Shown: positions 46,655 to 57,400 of the stretch, in pieces
Layout of the letters: the number at the start of each line of letters is the position of its first letter
Numbering within the stretch: position 1 is the first letter of the stretch
Origin: Azolla caroliniana
Taxonomy: Eukaryota > Plantae > Polypodiophyta
Assembly (NCBI GenBank): GCA_043228905.1
Contig: JBHGNT010000021.1
Coordinates: forward strand, 1,984,001 to 2,048,000
Direction: 5' to 3'
DNA: 64,000 bases
Made by a program: the position numbers and the translations under genes
Notes under the pieces: generated by a model
What the model saw: the letters and a program-made list of their open reading frames with translations, nothing else
Database searches by the model: none
Told to the model about the DNA's origin: nothing

Positions 46655-47606
46655 CATAGAATGAACCATGTGTATCATACGTGCATTCGCATTCGAGCAT
46701 GATTCAATCAAACATGTATGGTAAATCATCTCAAAGTTGGATTGGATTGACTATGGTCTATATTATGTATTGATTCACTCTCAATCCCAATAAGTGGACT
46801 CAAATCCATTGTGAACCACCAACATAAGTATGGTTGCAATATTTGCATTGTATCACATGCATACTTTTGGGATGCAAATCAAGACATCTCTATCATCCTC
46901 ACTTTAGAACTTTACAAAAAAATGAGTATGAACTATAGAGATTGAATCAAAATATGTCATTATAAATTATAATCAAACGTTCAAAAACTCATAAAACGTA
47001 TATTCGAGAATATGAAGAAAACATGACATAGGCAGTATTAGCATAACAACTTACCACTAGGGTGACCTAATTTCTAATAAGAAAGAAAGAAAGAAAGAAA
47101 GAAAGAAAAAGGAACATGACACTAACATAAAATTTTGCCATGAAATAGGTAGTAGTAGCATAACAACTTACCACTCGGGTGAGCTACTTTCTAATAACAA
47201 AGAAAGAAAGAAAAAGAAGAAAAAGGAACATGACACTAACGAGAGGATATGAGAAAGTTGGGAATTGAACCCAAGACACAAGTAATAGTAACACAACAAC
47301 TTACCACTAGATTGTGCTTAGTTATAATAAAAATAAAAGAAAAGAAAAAAACTATTATGACACTAACATAAAATTTTGCTATGACATGGTACTAATGAGA
47401 GAGAGAGAGAAAGAGATGAGAAAATTGGAAATCGAACCCAAGACATAAACAATAATAGCATAACTCCTTACCACTAAGGTGAGTAAATTGTAATGATAAT
47501 AAATAAATAAAAAGATTAAAAAAAGGAGCACATATTTTTCCCATTTCAAACGTGTTTGTTTCCAAACGTTGGAATGCTTGCACGAACACGAATATTACGT
47601 TCTATG
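46655..47606. mobile_element. Non-autonomous hAT-family element inserted in a (CATATA/TA)n microsatellite
   Basis: Termini CATAGAA...TTCTATG are related to the adjacent hAT TIR. Subterminal ATTCG/CGAA motifs. Flanks CATATATA/CATATACA (7/8 match). Internal ~115-165-bp tandem units. Confidence 0.65.
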
Positions 47607-47632
47607 CATATACATATACATATACATATACA

Positions 47633-50600
47633 CATAGATTGAGATATTCGCATTCGTGCGGCCTCCCCCACGAATACCAACGAATACGTATAAGAATATT
47701 TCTTCCAATATTCGTTAACATTTTTTTTTCCCCTTTTTCCCTTTTTTTTTTTTTGAAAAAATGCATTCGACAAGTAGCGAATAGAGAAGAGCTCTGCAGG
47801 GAATAGCAATCAGCAATCAACAGGGAACAACATCAAACATCGGCTCCTCGAAATTTAGGGTTCGACTCCGTCCTTTCCTCCTCCTGCGTAAGACATACAC
47901 TCGGGCAAAACTCGGTAAGACTGTCTCTCTTCTACATTTCCTCATACTTTGTGATGTTTGACGTCCCAACCTCCTTTCATATAATCTTCTATTTAAATTC
48001 TTATGTCTCTTGGCTGCTCAAATTTGACTAGTATTTCTTGATGCTTGTGTGTGTGGTTTAGGATTTAGGGTTTATATTTGTGCTTTTTCAAAGTTATATG
48101 GCAGATTTCGTTGTTTGGCCCAAATGTGGTCATTATATAGTTACCTCAAATTCGGATCAATCCCTGTTGCATATCTTGCTTTTGATAATTGTGTCTGGAT
48201 AATGAATTTCTCCCCACCTATGCTTGGTAATGATGAGGAATCATGATCATATGGAAATAACTCCATGGAATATGAAGATGTTAGGAGCTATGGTGATGAA
48301 AACATATTTAAAATAATTGCATGGATTATGAATATGTTATAGCCTATGGGTTTTTTTATCAATTGGGTCATTTAATATAGTGTATTTTGTTGCATAATTT
48401 AGTCATAGTATCCCGAGTAAATTGGTTGTGGAGGCATTCTATTCGAGACCTCTTTCTATATATTTCATAAAGAAAATTAGGGTTTGGGCAAAACTCGATA
48501 AGTCTCTCTTCTTAGTTGTCCAATAATCCATGATTTATTCATGCAATAATCATAAGATTAGATTTTAATTAGAGGCATTGTAGGATCATCCAAACTTAAT
48601 TAGATTTTAATTAGAGGCCGGATTAATGAAGATTTTGGATCAAAAAGTCTCTTAAAATTTTTCCCTAAAAATTAGGGTTTTGGCAAAGCTCATTAAGTCT
48701 CTCTTCTCATCTCAATGTTGTCCAATCTTCTGTGATTTATTCATGCTAGCATTGTAGGATTATGCCATCATAATAAATTTTAATTAGAGGTAGAATTAAT
48801 GAAGATTTTGGATAAGAAAGGTTTTAATTCATTTTTAGGTATCAAATTAATCTCTTTCAAGATTAGCTGAAAGTTAATTTACTAAATGGTGAAACAAAAG
48901 AGCTTCAAATGGAATCATGTGGCCGTTTTGAGAAAACATGATAAGGGTATGCCTGTTGTTCAATGCAATCATTGTCACCATGTATTTGTTGGTGGCCCCT
49001 TTCGAATCAGAGCTCACTTGTTGAGCTGGAAAGGTTTAGGTGTTGACAAATGCCGTCAAATTGATGCTGTTATAAAAGTTGAAGTACAAAAAATGGTATC
49101 TGGTTGTGCAAATGTTGACATGAATGATGAGTTATCAATTGAATGCAATGCTAAAAATTGTTGCACAAATGTTGATATGAATTTGGAATCAACATCTATC
49201 AATGAAATGTCTTCATCATCGTTTGGTAATGCATCAACAAGTAAAAAGAGGAAAGTAGACAATGTTGAACCTTTGAAGATGTTATGGCAAAAGCAACTTG
49301 ATAAAAATGCTAATGAAGCAATCAAGAGGTTTTTTTTTGTAGAGGATATACCGGATGTAAAAGTGGGAAGTACATATTTTCGTGAATTAATAAAAGTTGT
49401 GGCACTTGCTGGGCCATCTTATGAGCCACCATCTCCTTATCAATTGCGCAAAAGGCACTTGAATGAAGAGGTGAAATATGTTGAAAATGAGATTATGCAA
49501 ATTAGAGAAAAATGGAAAACTATTGGATGCACTATTATGAGCGATGGTTGGTCAGATACCAAGAATAGACCAATAATTAATGTCATGGCTACTTCTGCGT
49601 ATGGCACTGTGTTTCTGAAATCAGTTGACACTAGTGGAGAATATAAATCGGGAGAGTATATCTTTAAGATTTTAAAGGATGTTATTCTTGATATTGGCCC
49701 ATCAAATGTTGTGCAAGTTTGTATGGACAATGCAACTAATTGTGTAGTAGCTGGGAGGATGATAGAGAAAGAGTGGTCCATGATCTTTTTTACCAGATGC
49801 ACATGTCATTGCATCGATTTGTTGTTTGAAGATATTGGAAAATGTGGTTGGGTTCATGATGTTTTGAAATTAGCTATAAAGGTAATCGTGTTTATTACAC
49901 GAAAACAATATTCTTTGGCAATGTTTCGTAAGTTTAGTGAGAAAGAATTGTTAAAGCCTTCCACTACTAGATTTGCCTATAGTTTTATCATATTGTCAAA
50001 CTTATTGGATGACAAAGTCAAAGGTGGATTAAGAAGAATGGTGGTTAGTGAACAATGGTGTCAATGGAAAGGATAAAAAACACAACTAGGAGAAGAAATA
50101 GTTTCAATTATACTTGATGCTTCTTTTTGGGCAAATATAAAGAAGATCGTAAAGATATGCAAGCCTATCCTAAAAGTTCTTAGATTGACGGATAGAGAAG
50201 GTGCAACCATGGGTTTAATTTATGAATGTACTCATCGTATGATAGAAGAAATAAACCACATTGAAGATGTAGATCGTTTATTGCTTGATGAAATTCGGGG
50301 AATATGTATGCAAAGATGGACAATGCTACATTCACCATTGCATGCAACTAGCTTTATTTTGCATCCAATTTGGAGAGAAAAAATTCAAGATATTGATGAG
50401 AAGTTGAATACAAGGTTGATGGAAACTATTATGCAGTATACTAATGGTGATATACCTTTATGTGGTGTTTTATTAGATGATTTCTATGCTTATAAAACTC
50501 AACAAAAGAGTTCATTTCAAGTTCCTATGGCAAATGATCCAACTAGAATGCATGGTGCAGTTAAGTGGTGGGAAACATTTGGAGCAAGCACTCCAAACTT

Positions 50601-51253
50601 AAAAAGGCTTGCAATTCGTGTGCTTTCTCAAGGTTCATGTGCATCTTCTTGTGAAAGAAATTGGAGTACATTCTCATCGATACATACAAAAAAAAGAAAT
50701 AGATTGACTCATGCTCATGTTGAGAAATTGGTTTACATACATACAAATCATTGTCTCATTAGAAGAATAAAGGAAAGGGGATTATGCCTAATTGAAGCAA
50801 CATTAGATATGATCAACAAAGAAGAAGATGATGAGAGACTTTTGAGAATGCAAAATCAAGCTATTGATGAAAATGAAGCTCATAAGGACATTAGGGATGA
50901 GCTTGAAGATACGGATGATGAATGTGATAGTGCATAGACTCTTAAATTTCGAAGCATTACTTAGAAGTTAGAAGTTAGAACCCAGAACTTAGAAATTAGA
51001 ATATAACGGCTCATAATCGCTTTAATTAAAACTTTTCTTTCTTATGTTAGTGTGATTTTGAAGACCTTCTATTTTTCTATTAATTGGGGATTTTTCCTTT
51101 TTATTTAAGTGAATTGAATAATTTTTATTATGTAAATTTATTTTCCATAAACGAATGGTTTTTATAATATTCGTGGAGCAATTTTATATTCTCGAATGCT
51201 ACGAATATTGAGGATGTCGAATACCACGCATATCACGCATGGGTCAATCTATG
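47633..51253 (+). mobile_element. hAT DNA transposon, near full length
   Basis: Perfect 10-bp TIR CATAGATTGA (47633-47642) / TCAATCTATG (51244-51253). Clustered CGAAT/ATTCG subterminal repeats at both ends. Encodes a transposase. Flanked by TA-rich microsatellite, so the TSD cannot be resolved. Confidence 0.9.
48886..50937 (+). pseudogene. hAT transposase (zf-BED, DUF659, C-terminal dimerisation domain) with one in-frame stop
   Basis: CNHC...RAHL...C (BED), GCTIMSDGWSD, QVCMDNATN, CTCHCIDL, TTRFA, WWETFG...SSCERNWSTF. ORFs 48886-50076 and 50185-50937 are in the same frame, separated by TAA at 50074-50076. Confidence 0.92.
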
Positions 51254-51347
51254 ATATATATATATACATATATGTATACATATGTGCCTACTGACTTATA
51301 CATGTATTCCATACATAATATTCCACACTTAATTTGACTCTTTGGAG

Positions 51348-52382
51348 ATGGCACCTCTCTTCCTGGTCCTCTCTCTGCTTTTGCTGGCCATCGCCCACCC
51401 AAGATTAGGGTTAGGTCTAGGGTTTTACTCGGAGAGAAGTGGGTGGGAATGGGTGTCAAGCTCCTCCATAAGAAACCTCAATGCCTCCGAGTTCAATGAC
51501 ATGGCCACTCCATTTGTGCAAATTTGTGCCAACACATACAGGTATCCCCGCTCCCGATCGATCTCGGGATGGAAGGCTTCTGATAAAGTATTCCCCATAG
51601 GTCCAAGCACAGGTGGGGTTCATGCTCTGGTCTATGAAGAGGAAGTGATTGATGATGATGATGATGATGATGATGAAGAAAAAGAGGGGCCGAGCCGAAT
51701 TGTGGTTGCGTTCCGTGGCACACAGATCTCCGATCCGGTCCAAGGCCTGGCTGATCTATGCGCAGGTATGCTACTCTGGAACGAGGCCCCCGACTATTCA
51801 TCTCTCCCGATCGAGTGCACATCACGTTTCAATGAATCAACCCTAGATTACTTGACCCCAGCACTGGCTTACACCAAGCTTGTCATCCAAGCCTACCCTA
51901 ATTTGCACTCAATCCTGCTCACCGGCCATAGCCTCGGTGCTGGACTCGCCATCCTCGTCTCGCTGGCCCTTTCGGAGCATCATAGATCTATCAAATTGCC
52001 CGTGATAGGGTTTTCGGCACGAGGCCCCGGAAATTCCACTTTGTTCGAGAGGCATTGTTCGTCGGACTACTTAGACCATTTTATCACCATAGCTCTTGAA
52101 TGGGATGAAGTGGTGAGAACCACTTTTGATGAGCAAGTAGGGTACCTTTGCTTGTATGAACAAGAAGAAGAACCATCCTCCTGTCAGCTTTGCTTCTCTT
52201 CTTCGTCTTCGGCTTCTTTGACAATGCCGGGTTCGTCTAGTGTGGACAAAGATGATGATACTATCAATAAGTTTTTGCCCCAAGGGGATTGTTATACATG
52301 CTTCTTAGAGACTCATATCCTCAAGCAGGTCATCAATGCCGTGGCCAAGGGTGAGAAGCCCACATGCCGATCCGTGGGTTAG
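51348..52382 (+). CDS. Intronless secreted class-3 lipase / alpha-beta hydrolase (Atg15-like motifs), 344 aa
   Basis: First ATG at 51348. Hydrophobic signal MAPLFLVLSLLLLAIA, IVVAFRGT strand, LLTGHSLGAG nucleophile elbow (GxSxG), candidate catalytic Asp (WDEVV) and His (ETHIL), several Cys. Uninterrupted ORF, GC-richer than its flanks; a (GAT)n tract encodes poly-Asp. Confidence 0.85.
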   Translation: MAPLFLVLSLLLLAIAHPRLGLGLGFYSERSGWEWVSSSSIRNLNASEFNDMATPFVQICANTYRYPRSRSISGWKASDKVFPIGPSTGGVHALVYEEEVIDDDDDDDDEEKEGPSRIVVAFRGTQISDPVQGLADLCAGMLLWNEAPDYSSLPIECTSRFNESTLDYLTPALAYTKLVIQAYPNLHSILLTGHSLGAGLAILVSLALSEHHRSIKLPVIGFSARGPGNSTLFERHCSSDYLDHFITIALEWDEVVRTTFDEQVGYLCLYEQEEEPSSCQLCFSSSSSASLTMPGSSSVDKDDDTINKFLPQGDCYTCFLETHILKQVINAVAKGEKPTCRSVG

Positions 52383-53139
52383 TCAAAAGGATCAATTCCA
52401 TGTTTATTATGGCCTAGTGACATGAAAATGGAGGGCCCTAATTAAGCAAATCAGATATGTACCTGGTGTTTTTTAATCTAATCGTATGTGTTTCTTGATG
52501 TTAAAGAAAGGATTCTAATAATGTGATGAGATGAAAACATAAATCATAACAAACATTATCATCACTCGTTCTTTCATTCGCATTTGGGTAAGTTTTTTAT
52601 ATAGATAGTGGAAAACACATACAAATAATAAACATGCTTCGATTAGTTGAATGCAAACCACACAAATACATTGCATGGGTTAAAATGCATACCTCCATGC
52701 ATTTTGGGGAGCACAAGACGAATAGTCGAAGCCATTTCAATGAGAAGTTGCAATCAAATGTATAAATGACACATGTTTGAACTGAGGATTGAAGACCCAA
52801 CCAATTCTAGTTAGATTACCATTACAAAGGTATGGAGGTATGCATTTTAACCCATGCAATCTATGTGTCTTGTGCTCCCCAAAATGCATGGAATTTAGAA
52901 TAAGTTAATGGGATACCACATATTTTACACTAAGTAACCCTAAAACTTCTTGTCATAAAGACTTCTAAGTGAGCAAAAGGATTATATTACACATCAGTTA
53001 CACCATTTGTCCTCTATTTATTCACTCATATTATATATCTCCTATAGAATTGTGCTTTTTGGGCAACGAATATATGTTATATGGAATAGCACTATCCTAC
53101 ATTCAACTTTGATGTCATATTGATGGACCACCTATTGAG

Positions 53140-53400
53140 CAATCCTTGATGTACTAAAACTGGTTGTAGGGCCTATTATAAGTTTACATTATGAGATTAT
53201 TGTCATTTTATACTCACCAAAGGGTCAAGACTATGGGACATGTGTGGGACGACAAATTATATGTACAAACCTTGATACATACTAAAACTAGTTGTAGGAC
53301 CTAGTCCAAGTTTACATTATGACATTCTTGTCGTTTCATACTCACCAAAGGACCAACACTATGGGATGTGTGGGACAACAAATTATATATACAAACTTAG
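53140..53400. repeat. Degenerate tandem duplication, ~130-bp unit
   Basis: CCTTGAT...ACTAAAACT...GTTTACATTATGA...ATACTCACCAAAGG...CTATGGGA...ACAAAC occurs twice head-to-tail. Confidence 0.8.
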
Positions 53401-54226
53401 CGCTCAATGGGGGTGGTAGTGATGATTCAACGATGGCCGAGAAGTGACTTCATCTTCCACAATTTCATTTAACATTGAAGGGGAATTGGCATTATCACTA
53501 GTAGGGGGTGAGATTGATGGTTTCGTGGCATGGTTGCGTTGTCCTTTTTGGGTATAAAACAAGAGTAGTGGTTATTACTCTATTGTTTTTAGGTGAAGTG
53601 GGGGAAACTTGATCTTTAGGGGTGTTCTCCCCACACCTAAACATAATATGGCATACCTCCTCGGTTGTTAAAAGGGATGAAACCATGTTTTTTACAATGA
53701 AAGAAAGAGACTTCAAAATTACGAACACTGCTTTATAAGCTTTTGGCAACAACTAGCCAATGGCAAGCACGATCCAATGATCGATACAATTATTGGTAGT
53801 ATTAGGATATTGATGGTGGAAATATGGTCACATATTCTACATTGACTATAATTATTCAATGTTGGACTCTCATTTATTAAAGTGACTAGAGATTACTTCA
53901 GCATCTTTAGTAAAGTGTGACTATAATTACTGCATTTAGCATTGCATCTACCCTCCATTTTGATAAATGAAGCTCCATGGTGTAGTTCTTCTCTGCCTTA
54001 GAGAGCCGGCACCTTGTGTGAAAACTTATCAATACCAATTTCGCATGCACAATTCCATCACCTTTAGCTCAGTACCATAAAAAACACATCATTAAGGCTT
54101 ACACTTTACTAGTTTAATCCACATAATCATCTTGATCAATTAGCATCTTAGCCATAAACATACTTAAGAAACATAATTAGTGAAGCAATTAGTAAAGGGC
54201 CTAAATTTGCCAATGAGGGTACTTTT

Positions 54227-54362
54227 TGAAGCTTGTATGTGTGTGCGGAAACATATACGTGAGGACTTGTGTTATGTGCTCAACAGACTACACAGATGAA
54301 AGCAAGAAGATAAACAAAGAATATACACGATCTAAGCTCTAATGGAAGCTCTGATTATTACG

Positions 54363-54409
<47 letters not shown>

Positions 54410-57400
54410 ACTCTCTATACAAGAATGATCAAGCGATACTCTTAACAACGTTAGGTTATCACTTATATACTAAGCCCTAACTCTTTGGACGAGTTCACAC
54501 TAGGATACAAAGTGGAAGGAGTCATCCTTTTATGCCAACAAACTCCCCCGTAAAAGGACTACTCTTTCCTACTGTAGAAGTGTTTGAGGTTATCTCCCCC
54601 GTAAACCTAGATTACAAAATTAATCTAAATTTATATTTACAAGTTAGTCGGCATGTCGCCGAGTCGTCAGAGATATGTTCAATGTCTAGGCTGGTTCGGC
54701 TAGTCAGTCAGATTGATTTGTCTGAGTCGATCTGTTCGACTTACCTTCTTCTCCTCGTTCAGCCTTCTTTTGCTCGGTTGCTTGTCGCAGTCCCATCTTT
54801 GTCCTTAATGCTTCGAAGCATTGATCTAGGAGTGGCTTCGTCAAGTAATCAACGATGTTCACCTTGGTGTCAATCTTCCGGACTTCGAGCTTCTTCTCAG
54901 TTATGAGCTCCTGGATGTGATGATATCGAACCTCAATATGCTTTGTCTTTACGTGATAGACAGCATTGTTGATGAGGTGTATTGTGCTCTGTGAGTCGCA
55001 ATAGATGGTCGGCGTTGGTCGGTCGATTCAGCCTGTGGCTTAAAAATTGGCAGACGGTCGATGCAGCCAGATTGCTTCCTTTACTGCCTCTGATGCTGCT
55101 ATGTACTCGGCCTCCATGGTGGACAAGGTTGTGCACTCTTGAAGTTTCGACCTCCATGATATAGCAGCACCACCATAGGTGAAGATATAACCAGATGTTG
55201 ACTTCTTAATGTCTGTATTTCCGACATAGTCAGAGTCACTGTAGCCTTCAACTTCGGCTGAGGTTGTCAAACCGAAAGTCGGTTGTGTATCTTCGGTCCC
55301 TCTCAGGTACCTGAAGATGTGCTTGACGGCCTCCCAATGCTTCCGTCATGGATTCAACATGTACCGGCTGACCACCCCTATGACATATGCTAGGTCAGGT
55401 CGGGGCACCACCATTGTGTACATGATACTTCCTACGGCCGATGCATAGGGCATCTTTCCATTAAGCTCTCTCTCCTTGTCCGTTGAAGGAGAGTCTTTAT
55501 CTGATAGTCAGATCGACGTCAGAAGCAGTGTTGGTGTTGGCTTTGCATTCTCCATGTTGAAGCGTTTCGGCCCCTTCCTGATATAGTTGGAATGGGATAG
55601 TCGGAGAGTCTTGGTCGTCCGATTTCACTCGATCCTCATGCCCAATATGTGATGGGCTTGTCTGAGTTCCTTCATCGCAAACTTGTCATGAATGCTCCGC
55701 TTCAGCTTTCCGATCTCTGATTGATAACTTCTTGCAATAAGCATGTTGTCGACGTATAGGATTAGGTAAATCCTAGACTCTTCGGCCCGTTGTCGAATGT
55801 ACATGCATGGGTCGGAGTCTGATCGGCAATATCCAAGTTCCCTGATGTAGCACTCGAACTTCTGGTACCACATCCTCGTCGCTTGTTTCAAGCCATAAAG
55901 ACTTTTCTTCAGTCGACATACGAGGTGACTTTCCTCCCCCGTCACCGTGAAGCCTGTTGGTTGAGACATGTAAATGTCTTCTTCCAGATCTCCGTGTAGG
56001 AATGTCGTCTTTACGTCCATCTGCTCAAGCTTTAAGTCTTCTGTTGCCACAACTCCTAGTAAGAGTTGGAGGGTGGTCATCTTGACTACTAGTGAGAATA
56101 TCTCGTCATAGTCGACCCCATGTTCTTGTTTAAACCCTTTTGCGATAAGCCGAGCTTTGTACTTGGGTTTCTCTAAATCGGATACATATTTGTATCGGAA
56201 AACCCATTTGCAAGCTAGCGGCTTTCTTCTGACTAGTAGTTCGACCAGCTCCCATGTCTTATTCTTGTGAATCGAGTCCATTTAGGATTTCATGGCTTGT
56301 AGCCATGTGTCGGTGTCTGGTGTGGCCATAGCTTCTTCATATGTGCTTGGTTCACCTGCATCAGTATAATGGACATAGTCGAGGATCGGGTGATAAAACT
56401 CCGTTGGCCTTTGATTTCGTCCGGATCTCCTGAGTTCCATATTGATCGGTTCGGATTCTTCAATCGAATGTGTTGTTGGATCGGTATTTATAGAACTACT
56501 CAAGTCTGGAGTCCTCTTGGGTGACTCGCCCCCGTCTTGGGATTTCAACGGTGTCACATTGTCCTCCCCTATGGACTTTGTTGACTCGGGTATGTTTCCA
56601 AATCGCATCTTGTTGGCTTTGCCTTGTTCAACTCTTGTCGAATCAGCTTTGTCTTTGATGGCTTTGTCTTCGAGTTCGACTAGTGGACCTCCTACCGATT
56701 CCGAGTCGATAGGTGTGTTGTCAACTTGGTCATGTTTGACTATTTGTCGAATCTCCGATTCGTCTTGGTGGGTTTTTCCTTCTTCGATAGCTCTGTGGTC
56801 TTCAAAGGTTGCCCTTTTTTCAGCTATTTTCTACTGGTTCGGCTGAGAGAAGAAAGAGTCTTCATTGAAGACTACGTCACTGCTCTAGATCAGTTTCCGG
56901 TTCTCTGGGTCCATAGCATGTAGCCGAAGTCCCCATCGGTTCCATAACCGAGAAATATGCACTTCGTTGCATGAGGCGCCAACTTGGTCATTTTCTCCCT
57001 AGGGATGAATGCGTAGGGTTCGCATCCGAATATACAGGGCCTATCGTAGGTCGGTTGTTGGCCTGACCATAGTACTTGTGGCACTTTGATCTTGATTTCT
57101 TTTGATGGAGAAAGGTTTACTAGGTATACTACCATCTACAATGCCTCGGCCTAGAACTCCAGCTTTAGTCTAGCTTGTTGGAGCATTGCCGTCACTCTCT
57201 CCTGGATCGTTCGGTTGATCTATTCTACCACTCCATTCTGCATGGGTGTGTAAGGAACGGTCTTTTGATGCTGAATCCCTTTGTCGGATAGGTATTGTTT
57301 GAAAGCTCTGGAGGTATATTCACCTCCGTTGTCAGATCGGAGTGTCTTCACCCTGTATCCCGACTGGTTCTCCACTTCAGATATCCACCAAATGAAGACC

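Noticed and set aside
47018-47490. CRISPR-like array or functional tRNA genes
   Set aside because: Eukaryotic context, degenerate units without unique spacers, and no cas genes. No complete cloverleaf (acceptor and anticodon stems) could be folded, so it is reported only as tRNA-like repeats.
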